40,816 nucleotides of DNA from Kiritimatiellia bacterium (GCA_034005635.1 JAVEUJ010000002.1:1-40816), one strand, 5' to 3'. Counted from the first letter of the stretch, positions 7,359 to 16,393 are shown. Notes: generated by a model not told the origin, from the sequence alone. Program-made: numbers and translations.

Positions 7359-8142
7359 GAGGAAGCGAATTGGGCTGGCGGTGCTGGATACCGGTTTCCA
7401 GCAGTTTGGCGTATTTGATAAAGACCCCAAAGGCAGAGAGCACGGCAATGATGAAGCCTTGGCGGCCATCGAGAAATCCGGTTTTCAAGAAGTAGGACTT
7501 GAAAAAGCGGAAGGGAGGGCGGAAGAGTAAATCGCGCCAGCGGAACACATCGCCGCGGTTGAATTTTTCATTAGCGGAGATGGATGAGAAGCGATTGATG
7601 GTATGGATGTGGTCGGCAAGATTGTCATAGGTGAAGTGATAAAGGGGTGAGCGGAGGGTCTTGACGGCACCATCGACGACGACGCGGTCGTGGGGCTCCT
7701 GGCCCTCGCTGTGGCCGCGGTCTTTAAGGAACAAGCGCAGTTTGGTATCGGGATACCACTCGCCGTGGCGAATCCATTTGCCGAGATAATGGACCATGCG
7801 CGGGAAGCAGTAGCCGACGATATCGCGGGGGCCGCGTTCGAATTCAGCCTCAATTTCATTGCGGAGGGAATTAGAGACCACCTCATCGGCATCCACGAAC
7901 AGGATCCAGGGATAGCGGGCGAGGGTGCGGATATAGTTTTTCTGGGCAATGTAGCCTTCCCACGGGTGCTGGTAGACGTGGGGGGTGTACTGCTTGGAAA
8001 TTTCGAAGGTCTTGTCCTTGCTGAAGGAGTCGACAACGATGATTTCATCGCACCAGGTGAGGCTGGCGAGGCAGGCGGCAATTTTGTCTTCTTCGTTGCC
8101 GGCGGTGACGCAGGCGGAAATTTTAAATTGGTCGGGACGCAT
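7351..8142 (-). CDS. Family 2 glycosyltransferase, WaaE/KdtX-like (LPS core type)
   Basis: ORF track 7351..8220. Translation: ISACVTAGNEEDKIAACLASLTWCDEIIVVDSFSKDKT..ILFVDADEVV (GT2 DxD), with the C-terminal FLDGRQGF..KYAKL block typical of WaaE-like GT2 enzymes. Start is uncertain (8220, 8154 or 8142). I chose 8142 (MRPDQFKISAC) because of an AGGA 11-14 nt upstream and the N-terminal length typical of homologues. Confidence 0.8.
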   Translation of the reverse strand: MRPDQFKISACVTAGNEEDKIAACLASLTWCDEIIVVDSFSKDKTFEISKQYTPHVYQHPWEGYIAQKNYIRTLARYPWILFVDADEVVSNSLRNEIEAEFERGPRDIVGYCFPRMVHYLGKWIRHGEWYPDTKLRLFLKDRGHSEGQEPHDRVVVDGAVKTLRSPLYHFTYDNLADHIHTINRFSSISANEKFNRGDVFRWRDLLFRPPFRFFKSYFLKTGFLDGRQGFIIAVLSAFGVFIKYAKLLETGIQHRQPNSLPHD

Positions 8143-8399
8143 GATGCACAGCATCCTGCCGCAGTACGCGGCAGGAAACCAGCCTAAAAGCGCGCGGGGG
8201 GGCACAACAAACATCTTCACGGTTCCACCCGGCGCCTGTTTTGCAGAGGTGTCCTGACTCTTTGAGGTCCAAACTGCGACCGGGCTGTTTCAGAAATGAT
8301 GTGACGTTGCCCTTTGGTCCGCGAGCAGGGATCGAGCCAATTCGACCCCTACAAAGCAGCCCTGATTCACCCACGGGGCAAGCCCGTGGGGGGCTGGGG

Positions 8400-9521
8400 C
8401 TAGGGGGGGGCAAGGCCGGCAGCGGCCAGGGCGTGGAGGGCGTAGGTGGTGGCGCGAGCGAGGGTGGCGGGGTCGTCGCCACGCCCCCAGAATCCGTGCC
8501 CGCGAGTGTCGATGCGCTGCTGTTGGACAAGCTGGTGCAGGAGCGCTTCGCGCCAGGCAATGGGGTGTTCAGCATCGAGAAAAACGGTGTCGTGGCCAAT
8601 GCGGGCCAGGGCGGTGGCGAGGGTGGCATAGGCGTAATAGGGATCGGGGGTGGTGTCGGGAATGGTGCCGTTTAGCAGGGGCAGGAGGTCGGCGACATCA
8701 TCGGGAGTGCGCAGGTCGCGGCCAGCCCATTCGGCGGCGGGATCAGCGAGATCGTCTGGGGCGGGATGGTCCTGGAGCCATTGGCTGGCACGAAAACGGG
8801 CGGCTAGGGCTTCATGTCCGATTGAGCGCGAGACAGGGCCCGGGATGGCACCGGGCTGGAGGGTGGTGGGTGGGGACAGCGCCTCATCCAAGGCAGCCAG
8901 GACCGTGCGGGCAATCAACTCGGCGCCAGCGGCATTCGGATGAAGACCGTCGGGAAAGAGATCATAGCGGTTGGCAAAAACGGTTGAGATATCGATGACG
9001 CCAGCGCCCGTCTGGGCGGCGACTGCACGGATGGCGGGGTTGAGCGTCTCGCTTATAGTTCTGTTAACCGGGGCATCGGGGGCGGCGGCGGCAATGGGCG
9101 TAAGCGTACACAGGAAAAGTCGTGGAGCAGAGGACAGCACTTGGAAGCGTTCGACTAGGCGGCGGAGATCGCCGGGATAGCGGTTATGAAGGTCAGGGTG
9201 GGCGGTGTCGTTGACGCCGAGCATGATGACAACGACATTGGGGGAGAAAGCCAGAGCATCTTGGCACGCTTGGGTGGTGGACCAAGACCGGAACGGAATA
9301 GTGGCGATGGCGGTGGCGCCATTGACGCCGAAATTGCCGGTGAGAAAGCGCCCCGCGGACAGGCGTTCAAGAACGGCGGGGTAGGCGTCGCGTCCGCGGT
9401 CGGCGATCTGGTCGCCGTAGGTGATGCTATCGCCGACACAGGCGATACGCATGGGTGGCTGGGCAGCGGAAAGAGAGGTCATGGCGACTCCAAGGAGAAT
9501 GGCATAAGACAGGCAGTGCAT
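8400..9521 (-). CDS. Secreted SGNH/GDSL hydrolase with a C-terminal alpha-helical domain of unknown function
   Basis: ORF track 8400..9686. I prefer Met56 (ATG at 9521): MHCLSYAILLGVAMTSLSAAQPP is a signal peptide, followed directly by block I IACVGDSITYGD. Block II is GVNGAT, block III is MLGVNDT, block V is DGLHPN. The last ~170 aa (..GHGFWGRGDDPATLARATTYALHALAAAG) is unassigned. Confidence 0.75.
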   Translation of the reverse strand: MHCLSYAILLGVAMTSLSAAQPPMRIACVGDSITYGDQIADRGRDAYPAVLERLSAGRFLTGNFGVNGATAIATIPFRSWSTTQACQDALAFSPNVVVIMLGVNDTAHPDLHNRYPGDLRRLVERFQVLSSAPRLFLCTLTPIAAAAPDAPVNRTISETLNPAIRAVAAQTGAGVIDISTVFANRYDLFPDGLHPNAAGAELIARTVLAALDEALSPPTTLQPGAIPGPVSRSIGHEALAARFRASQWLQDHPAPDDLADPAAEWAGRDLRTPDDVADLLPLLNGTIPDTTPDPYYAYATLATALARIGHDTVFLDAEHPIAWREALLHQLVQQQRIDTRGHGFWGRGDDPATLARATTYALHALAAAGLAPP

Positions 9522-9741
9522 GGTTAAACTGTTACTCAAGCATGAGCGCCGGTCAAGCCTGGGCCCTGCATTTGGGTCAGACGCGTCGTGGAAATAGTTC
9601 TGATCAGGTCTTAGTTTATGCAGAAAAAAATACCGAAAACGGCGCGAAAAGGAACGGAATCTTGGTACGCATGTTTTATAAAACAATAGGACCTGTGCGC
9701 TGGGGGGAGGGGGGGCGTATCACTGAGTTTTCTGGTGGGTG

Positions 9742-10911
9742 CTACTTGGCTTTGTAGCGGCGTTTATGGTCCTTGATGCCGGCAAGGCGGAAGGCTCCTC
9801 CGCGGTAGGGGGCAAAGACGTGGTCGGCGCCGTCCGTGGGGACACCGTAGTTGAAGATATCTTCGTACTGGCGATAGGTGATCGGGGTGCGCGAGTCGAG
9901 CATTGCGCGGTGGGTGTCGGTGAAGAGGTGCTCGCGGTATCCCGCCTGAACGACGCCGGAGAAGAATTCGGCCATGCAGCCAGAGCCATAAGAGAAGAAG
10001 CCAATGCGTTTGTGCGCGAGGTTGTCGGGAACGTGGTCGAGGAGGGAGGCGAGGGCTTCGTAGACGCAGGCGGCATAGGTGTTGCCGGTCTGGCGGTTGT
10101 AGCGAAGAGCGGGTTCGATGAGGCGCTCAAGCTCCTCTCGGGGGGGCAGGGCGATGCCATCGGCTTTGCAGAGGCGTTCGAAAGATTTGTAGGCGATTTT
10201 GGTGAAAGGGAGGTGGAAGCAGTAGTGGGCGTGGTCGGCGAGGGTGCGACCGGAGGCGGCTTGGTAATTTTTCCAGGCAGCAAGGAGGGTGGTGAGGTAC
10301 ATGCGGGTGGAATATTTGCCGTCGACGATGGCTTCTTCGCGATAGTTGGGGCGCCAGAAGTCCATGATATCTTCGGCATGGAAGCCGGCTTCAGGGTCGA
10401 GCGCAAGGACGCGGGGGTGGGTGGAGACGAGCATGGCGACGGCTCCAGCGCCCTGGGTGGGTTCGCCGGGGCTGGCGAGGTCGTAGCGGGCGATATCGGC
10501 GGCGAGAACGAGAGCCTTGGTGTGCGGGCGGGCGGCGACCATCGCGGCGGCCATGCGCAGGGATGCGGTGGCCCCATAGCAGGCTTCCTTGACTTCGATG
10601 CAGCGGCAGGTGGCGGGCAGATCCAGGAGCTTGTGGCAGAACAGGGCGGCGGCCTTGGATTGGTCGATGCCCGATTCGGTGGCGAAGATCACCAGCTCGA
10701 TGCCGTCGCGGCCAGCTTTTTCGACGATGGGCAGCGCGGCGTTGGCGGCCAGGGTGACAATGTCCTGGTCGGGAGGGACGATCGCCATACGTTCCTGGCC
10801 AATACCGATGACGAATTTATCGGGATCGACACCACGCTTTTCCGCCAGGATGCGCAGATCGAGGACATAGGAGGGGATGTGGAACGAAATTAGATCAATG
10901 CCGATTTTCAT
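9742..10911 (-). CDS. mvaS: Hydroxymethylglutaryl-CoA synthase (bacterial MvaS type)
   Basis: 389-aa ORF: MKIGIDLISFHIPSYVLDL.. Catalytic-triad contexts are present: FATESGIDQSKA (Glu), EVKEACYGATASL (Cys), FHLPFTKIAYK (His). Confidence 0.85.
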   Translation of the reverse strand: MKIGIDLISFHIPSYVLDLRILAEKRGVDPDKFVIGIGQERMAIVPPDQDIVTLAANAALPIVEKAGRDGIELVIFATESGIDQSKAAALFCHKLLDLPATCRCIEVKEACYGATASLRMAAAMVAARPHTKALVLAADIARYDLASPGEPTQGAGAVAMLVSTHPRVLALDPEAGFHAEDIMDFWRPNYREEAIVDGKYSTRMYLTTLLAAWKNYQAASGRTLADHAHYCFHLPFTKIAYKSFERLCKADGIALPPREELERLIEPALRYNRQTGNTYAACVYEALASLLDHVPDNLAHKRIGFFSYGSGCMAEFFSGVVQAGYREHLFTDTHRAMLDSRTPITYRQYEDIFNYGVPTDGADHVFAPYRGGAFRLAGIKDHKRRYKAK

Positions 10912-10948
10912 GGTCGTAGGGGGCTGGGATGAGGGGGGGCAGAGGCTA

Positions 10949-10976
10949 GGGTTCAGGGTTCAGGGTTTGGGGGTTA
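10949..10976. repeat. Tandem heptamer array GGGTTCA GGGTTCA GGGTTTG GGGGTTA
   Basis: Read directly. It is preceded by a G7 run at 10933-10939 and followed immediately by the palindromic units. Confidence 0.85.
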
Positions 10977-10979
10977 TAG

Positions 10980-11051
10980 TTTCCATACCATGGAAGAGTT
11001 TTTAGCATTTTTTCCACGCTATGGAAAAAAGTTTTCCACAGTGTGGAAAAA
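10980..11051. repeat. Three TTCCA-N5-TGGAA palindromic units, same family as 5090-5161
   Basis: TTCCATACCATGGAA (10981-10995), TTCCACGCTATGGAA (11012-11026, the exact reverse complement of the 5092 15-mer) and TTCCACAGTGTGGAA (11034-11048). Spacers are 16 and 7 nt, a mirror image of the spacing in the first array. Confidence 0.9.
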
Positions 11052-11221
11052 TCATGCATCCGGTTTTCCTTTTGTGTGAAATATCTAATTAGAGGCTTGC
11101 GCCATTTCTTAGACTGATTCGATGCAGGTGGAGTCATGCGGCAACGGTAGGTTTTTGCCCGACGCCGGGCAAGGCGAAAGCGACGGAGCAGGTTGAAAAC
11201 GAGTAATAAAAGTGGGAAAAA

Positions 11222-13315
11222 TTAGCGGTCGTCGGTGCGGGAGGGAGTCGAGGTGGGGCCGAGCAGGATCAGGGTGTCGGCGGCTTGAATAATGGTGCGA
11301 GCATCGGGGAGGAACGTTTGTACCAAGCCATCCGGCGCAATGCGCTTGATGAGCAATACGCGTGCGCCGCGGGTGTCGGGGAGGCGCGCGGCGGCGAGAG
11401 ATTTACCGTGCAGGTTGGCGGGGGGATCCCATTCGGACAGTTCATAGCCGGGGGCGATTTCGAGGGGTTGACCGGCGAGCGAGGCGAGTCCGCGGGAGAG
11501 GGCTTGGGGGGCGTCGGCCTTGAATATTTCATCTTGGTAGGCGTTGAGGACGTCGGGGTAGGCGAGGGTGCCAAGGAGGCGGCGGTCGGAGAGCGAATGC
11601 AGGACGGGGAGTTCGGGCAGATGAGTGGAGGCAAACTTGGCTAGGGCGTCGGAGAGGGAACTGCCGGGCAGGACATAGGGCGTATTGCGGCGCATGACAT
11701 CTTCGGCCATGAGTACGTTCAACAGAGCGGGCGGGGAGAGTAGAATTCGGCGGGCATCGGCGAGGGTGATGGCGCCAAGGAGCGCGCCATCATCATCGAC
11801 GACATAAAACTGGGCTTGGGGTGAGGAGAGAATACGGTCGATCAACTCGTGGGCTGGTTCCGATGGGCGTGTGGTTTCAAAGTGCGGTTGAAAGTGGTCG
11901 GCCACGCGGTGGGCCTGGAGAAGGTCGGGGGAGGCCCCGCGAAAGAGGCGGATGCCGGCGCGGGTGAGCGGGTGGGTATAGATAGAGAGATTGTGGTTGA
12001 GGCGGGAGACGAGGACGGTGCTGAGGATGGAGACGAGCATGACGGGGAGGACAATGGCGTAGTTGGAGGTGATCTCGAAGACGATGAGGATGGCGGTGAT
12101 GGGGGCGAGCATGGAGCCGGAGACGAGTCCGCCCATGCCGACGAGGGCGTAGGCGGCGATGCCACCGAAGCGCACGCCAAGGGCGGGCGCTACAAACTCG
12201 CCCACGGCGGCGCCAAGCAGGGCACCGACGGCGAGGGCCGGGGAGAAGACTCCACCGGAGCCGCCGCTGCCGAGGGTGAGGCCGGTGGCGAGCATCTTGG
12301 CGAAAACCAGCACGAGCAGAAGCAAGACAGAAAAATGACCGGCAAAGGCGCCATTAACGAGTCCATGGCCGTCGCCCATCACTTGCGGCAGGGCGAGGGC
12401 GAGGAGGCCGACGAGGAGACCGCCGAGAGCGGGGCGCAGCCAGTTTGGCAGGCGGCGGCGGTGCTCGAAGAAGCGCCCGCTAAAATCATTGATACGGATG
12501 TAGGCGAAAGAGATGAGGCCGCAGAGGAGGCCGAGCAGGGCGTAGGGCAGCAGTTCCCATGCGCTAGCAAAGGTGCAGACCGGCGGTGAAAAGACGGGCG
12601 CGTTGCCGCGCCAAGCACGTGCCACGACGGTGGCGATGACCGACGAGATGACGATCGGGCTGAATTGGGCGGCACCGAATTCGCCTAGAATGACCTCGAC
12701 TGCAAAGAGCGCGCCTGCGATCGGAGCGTTGAAGGTGGCGGCGATGCCGGCGGCGGCCCCGCAACCAACAAGTGTGCGCAGGCGTTGCTTCGACATGCCC
12801 ATGGCCTGCCCGATGCGCGAGCCGATCGCCGCGCCGATCTGGATGACGGGGCCTTCGCGTCCGGCAGAACCCCCACTGCCGATGGTGAGGGCGGAAGCGA
12901 GCATCTTAGCCAGGGCGACACGTCCGCGAATTTTGCCGCCATCCAAGGCGACCGCTTTGATGACTTCGGGCACGCCGTGGCCTTTGGCTTCGGCGACAAG
13001 AAAAGTGGTGATGAGGCCGACGAGGAGGCCGCCCACAGCAGGCACAACTACTATTTTCCAGGTGGCGATTTCTTTCAGCACGCCAAGGTGGGGTTCGACA
13101 ACGCCCCAGAATCCGTCTTGGAAAAGGTGGATCAGGATGTCAAAGGCGATGGCACCGAGTCCGCCCAAGATGCCGATGACGGCGGCGGTGAGGAGCAGGA
13201 AGAGGTATTCGCCGCCGCGAGCTTTTTCCATCCAGGAGCGTCCGATGCGCTGGGCCCAGCGCCCAAGGATTCGCAAGCGGTAGGCGCGCGGTTGTTTTGG
13301 CTCAGAAATGGGCAT
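11222..13315 (-). CDS. ClC-family chloride channel/antiporter with C-terminal CBS pair and TrkA_C (RCK_C)-like domain
   Basis: 697-aa ORF. ClC selectivity motifs: GHGVPE, GREGPVIQIGAA (gating Glu retained), GGVFSPAL. These are followed by two CBS-like repeats (..FYVVDDDGALLGAITLADA.. and ..LPVLHSLSDRRLLGTLAYPDV..) and a TrkA_C-like end (GARVLLIKRIAPDG..IIQAADTLILLGP). Confidence 0.85.
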   Translation of the reverse strand: MPISEPKQPRAYRLRILGRWAQRIGRSWMEKARGGEYLFLLLTAAVIGILGGLGAIAFDILIHLFQDGFWGVVEPHLGVLKEIATWKIVVVPAVGGLLVGLITTFLVAEAKGHGVPEVIKAVALDGGKIRGRVALAKMLASALTIGSGGSAGREGPVIQIGAAIGSRIGQAMGMSKQRLRTLVGCGAAAGIAATFNAPIAGALFAVEVILGEFGAAQFSPIVISSVIATVVARAWRGNAPVFSPPVCTFASAWELLPYALLGLLCGLISFAYIRINDFSGRFFEHRRRLPNWLRPALGGLLVGLLALALPQVMGDGHGLVNGAFAGHFSVLLLLVLVFAKMLATGLTLGSGGSGGVFSPALAVGALLGAAVGEFVAPALGVRFGGIAAYALVGMGGLVSGSMLAPITAILIVFEITSNYAIVLPVMLVSILSTVLVSRLNHNLSIYTHPLTRAGIRLFRGASPDLLQAHRVADHFQPHFETTRPSEPAHELIDRILSSPQAQFYVVDDDGALLGAITLADARRILLSPPALLNVLMAEDVMRRNTPYVLPGSSLSDALAKFASTHLPELPVLHSLSDRRLLGTLAYPDVLNAYQDEIFKADAPQALSRGLASLAGQPLEIAPGYELSEWDPPANLHGKSLAAARLPDTRGARVLLIKRIAPDGLVQTFLPDARTIIQAADTLILLGPTSTPSRTDDR

Positions 13316-13446
13316 AACTTCACAGCATAGAACGAGAGCGGTGGAGGGGCAATTTCAAATTCCGTCGACCAGACTCCAGCGCTGGAACAAGTGCGCGGGC
13401 AGAATGGGCTGGATTTGGGCGGCGGGCGGCGGCTAGACTGCCCGCT

Positions 13447-14604
13447 ATGAGTTCTAGTCAGAGCCAGCGGATTGCGATTGATGCGCGGTGGGTGTTTCAC
13501 GAGTTGAGCGGCATTGGCCGCTATACACTGGAACTGCTGCGGCAGTTGGGGGAGATGGGCGGACAGTTTGACTATCTGGTGCTGGTGCGGGATGGGGAGC
13601 GGCAGGCATTCGTTGAGCGCGAGTCGGAGTTGGCGGGGAAGCCTAATTTTGAATTTGCGCATCTGCCTCATGGGTTGTTTTCGCCGCTGGGGCAGTTTGC
13701 AGCGGCGCGACTTTTACGGGCGCGCGGGGTGGGGGTGTACCACTCGACCAACTTCATGGTGCCCCTGCCAGCCTTTTCGCGGCGTCGGCCCCATGCGGTC
13801 CGCTGCGTCTGCAACATTCACGACTTGATCCCGCTGGTGCATCCAGAGTTCACCCCGAAGGCGCTGAAGACGCGAGTTCTTCCTGTTTACAGGGTGCTGA
13901 TGCATGAGATTGCGCGGCGGGTGGACACGGTAGTGACCGGCAGCGAATCGGCGAAGCGGGACATTGTGCAGCGGCTGAAGCTGCCCAGGGAGCAGATCGT
14001 GGTGGCGCCGGATGGGGTGGAGGCGCGGTACCAGCCGGGCGGAGCAAAGCCCTCGGCGAGCGGGGGCCCCAAGACGGTGCTCTATGTGGGGCGGAGCGAT
14101 CCCTATAAAAATCTACCGGGGCTGGTGGCAGCCTTCGCGCAGATGGTGGGCGACGGAGGCGTGGATGCGCGGCTGCGGATTGTGGGTTCGCCGGATGCGC
14201 GGTATCCGGAGGCGGGCGAGGCAGCGCGACGGCTGGGCGTCGCGGAGCGGGTCGATTGGGCGGGGTATCTGGATGAGGCGGAGTTGGTGCGGGCGTATCA
14301 AGAAGCGGATGTGCTGGCGCTGTTGTCGCGCTATGAGGGATTCGGGCTGCCGGTACTGGAGGCGATGGCGTGCGGCACGCCGGTGGTGTGCTCGAATGCG
14401 GCGAGCCTGCCGGAGGTGGCGGGTGGCGCGGCTTGGCTGGTGGCACCGGACGATACGGCAGCGGCGGCGGGGGCCCTGAAGACGATTTTGACGGATCCCG
14501 CGACGGCATCCCGTCTGCGCGCCGCGGGGCTCGCGCAGGCAGCGAATTTTTCTTGGCGCGCGGCGGCGGAGGCCGTTTTGCGGATCTACGGGGAGGGCGT
14601 ATGA
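13447..14604 (+). CDS. Family 4 (GT-B, group 1) glycosyltransferase
   Basis: 385-aa ORF. N-terminus is RIAIDARWVFHELSGIGRYT. The C-terminal signature is SRYEGFGLPVLEAMACGTPVVCSN (EX7E-type). Confidence 0.8.
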   Translation: MSSSQSQRIAIDARWVFHELSGIGRYTLELLRQLGEMGGQFDYLVLVRDGERQAFVERESELAGKPNFEFAHLPHGLFSPLGQFAAARLLRARGVGVYHSTNFMVPLPAFSRRRPHAVRCVCNIHDLIPLVHPEFTPKALKTRVLPVYRVLMHEIARRVDTVVTGSESAKRDIVQRLKLPREQIVVAPDGVEARYQPGGAKPSASGGPKTVLYVGRSDPYKNLPGLVAAFAQMVGDGGVDARLRIVGSPDARYPEAGEAARRLGVAERVDWAGYLDEAELVRAYQEADVLALLSRYEGFGLPVLEAMACGTPVVCSNAASLPEVAGGAAWLVAPDDTAAAAGALKTILTDPATASRLRAAGLAQAANFSWRAAAEAVLRIYGEGV

Positions 14605-15710
14605 ACCCCGCCTGGACCGTGGCCTTGGCGCATGACTGGCTCAATGGCATGCGCGGCGGCGAGCGCTGCCTTGACCTGATCTGCAAGGAATTTCCACAGG
14701 CGGACATCTATACGCTGCTCTACCGGCCGGAACAGGTCTCCGCGACGATCCGAAGTCATAAGGTGCACGAGGCGGGGCTGGCGCGGCTGCCGTTCTTTCG
14801 CGAGCACTACCGCTGGTTCCTGCCGTTGTTCCCGAAGGCCATTGAATCGTTCCGGGTGCCGGCGGGCACGGACCTGGTGTTGAGTACGAGCCACTGCGTA
14901 GCGAAGGGGATCGTGCCGCCGCAGGGGGCCAAACATCTGTGCTACTGCTTCACGCCAATGCGCTATGCGTGGGCACTGCAAACGGAATATTTTGGCCGCA
15001 ACCGGCTAAAGCGCGCGGTACTGGACCGGATGCTGGCGCGGTTGCGGAAGTGGGACCGGGACGCAAGTGCGCGAGTGGACCGGTTTGTGGCGATCAGCCG
15101 CCACGTCCAGACGCGGATCAAGGACTACTATGGGCGCGAATCGGTGGTGGTGTATCCGCCAGTGGCGACGCAGTACTTCACACCGGATGAGCAGGGGGGG
15201 GATGACGGATATGATTTGGTGGTGTCGGCGCTGGTGCCGTATAAGCGGGTGGATCTGGCAGTTCGAGCCTATGCGCGTACCGGGCGTTCGCTGAAGGTGG
15301 CGGGGGTGGGTACAGACATGGAGGCACTGCGTAAAATTGCGACGCCGAACGTGGAGTTTTTGGGGCGAGTGCCGGACGAGAAGGTACGCGAGTTATATCA
15401 ACGCTGCCGATTCCTGGTGTTCCCGGGAGAGGAAGATTTTGGGATCGTCCCGCTGGAGGCGCAGGCGTGCGGCAAACCTGTTCTGGCTTATGGCCGCGGG
15501 GGGTTGCTGGAGACGGTGGTGGCGGGACTGAGTGGCGTATTTTTTGGCGAACAGACTGAGGACGCCTTAATCGACGCCGTGGAGCGCGCAGAGAGCATGG
15601 CCTGGGACGCGGCGGCGATCCGAGTCCATGCGGAGCAGTTCAGCGAAGTGCGGTTTCTGGAAGGGTTGCGAGCGCAGATTGAGACCCTGATGACGGGTAG
15701 GAGATTATGA
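14601..15710 (+). CDS. Family 4 (GT-B, group 1) glycosyltransferase
   Basis: ORF track 14370..15710. The real start is probably the ATG at 14601 (MNPAWTVALAHDWLNGMRGGERCLD), which overlaps the previous stop as ATGA. C-terminal signature: PGEEDFGIVPLEAQACGKPVLAYGRGG. Confidence 0.8.
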   Translation: MNPAWTVALAHDWLNGMRGGERCLDLICKEFPQADIYTLLYRPEQVSATIRSHKVHEAGLARLPFFREHYRWFLPLFPKAIESFRVPAGTDLVLSTSHCVAKGIVPPQGAKHLCYCFTPMRYAWALQTEYFGRNRLKRAVLDRMLARLRKWDRDASARVDRFVAISRHVQTRIKDYYGRESVVVYPPVATQYFTPDEQGGDDGYDLVVSALVPYKRVDLAVRAYARTGRSLKVAGVGTDMEALRKIATPNVEFLGRVPDEKVRELYQRCRFLVFPGEEDFGIVPLEAQACGKPVLAYGRGGLLETVVAGLSGVFFGEQTEDALIDAVERAESMAWDAAAIRVHAEQFSEVRFLEGLRAQIETLMTGRRL

Positions 15711-16393
15711 ACGTAGCGCAAGAAATAGCCCCGAAGCCAACGGCTGGCGAGGGGGAGCACCTACTACAGCTTTCGCGGGGATTCTCGAGCCTGTTCTGGG
15801 GAATGCCAGCGCTGGCGGTGGCGCATGCTGTAGCGCTGACGGGCCTATGGCCGGTGCGGTGGATGATGGGGGGGCTGCTGGGCGCCTATCTGCCGGTACT
15901 GTTTGGCTTGTGGCGGCTGCGGACTATTGCGGATTGGACGCCGTGCTGGGGACGGCGGACGGGCCAGGCGCTGGTACTGGCTCTGGCCACGATGTATCTT
16001 GCGCCCTTTTTAGTGTGGTGGAGCGCCTGGCCGCTGCGGGGCTATTTTGCGATCCATGCCGCAGGGCATTACTTGGCGATGGTGGTGTTTTTGGCAAGTC
16101 TGAACCGGCTGGCGGGGGAGGCGGCGCGTGGACTGGGCGATGGGGCGCTGCGGCGTGAAGCGAAGGCGGGGATTGGCATGGTGATAGGGATGAGCACCTG
16201 CTCGGTGGCGGCGCTGTTCTGGTTGTTCCAGCGCGCAGGTGTGTTGGAGGCGGGCAGCGCCACGGTCTTGGCACAGTGGTCGCGACTTTCCGGGGAGGCG
16301 CACACCCTGTTTCTTCTGCCGTATGCGATGACGGCCTATGTGATGTGGCGGGCAAAAGAAAGCGGATTTCGGCGCACGGTTGGCGGCGCGTAA
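15707..16393 (+). CDS. Polytopic membrane protein of unknown function (about 5-6 predicted TM helices)
   Basis: 228-aa ORF whose ATG overlaps the upstream stop as ATGA at 15707-15710. Several long hydrophobic stretches are present (FSSLFWGMPALAVAHAVALTGLW, LLGAYLPVLFGLW, ALVLALATMYLAPFLVWW, HYLAMVVFLASL, GMVIGMSTCSVAALFWLF). I recognise no family motif. Confidence 0.6.
   Translation: MNVAQEIAPKPTAGEGEHLLQLSRGFSSLFWGMPALAVAHAVALTGLWPVRWMMGGLLGAYLPVLFGLWRLRTIADWTPCWGRRTGQALVLALATMYLAPFLVWWSAWPLRGYFAIHAAGHYLAMVVFLASLNRLAGEAARGLGDGALRREAKAGIGMVIGMSTCSVAALFWLFQRAGVLEAGSATVLAQWSRLSGEAHTLFLLPYAMTAYVMWRAKESGFRRTVGGA

Noticed and set aside
11155-11172. The hairpin TTGCCCG-acgc-CGGGCAA downstream of the ClC stop as its intrinsic terminator.
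   Set aside because: On the minus (coding) strand it is followed by AAAAC, not a U tract. On the plus strand the T run precedes the stem. It does not fit a terminator in either direction.
13316-13446. A fluoride (crcB-motif) riboswitch upstream of the ClC gene.
   Set aside because: Reading the minus strand upstream of the 13315 start, I found no GATGG..TAACCGCC-like core. The protein is also a CBS/TrkA_C-bearing ClC rather than the short ClC-F type.
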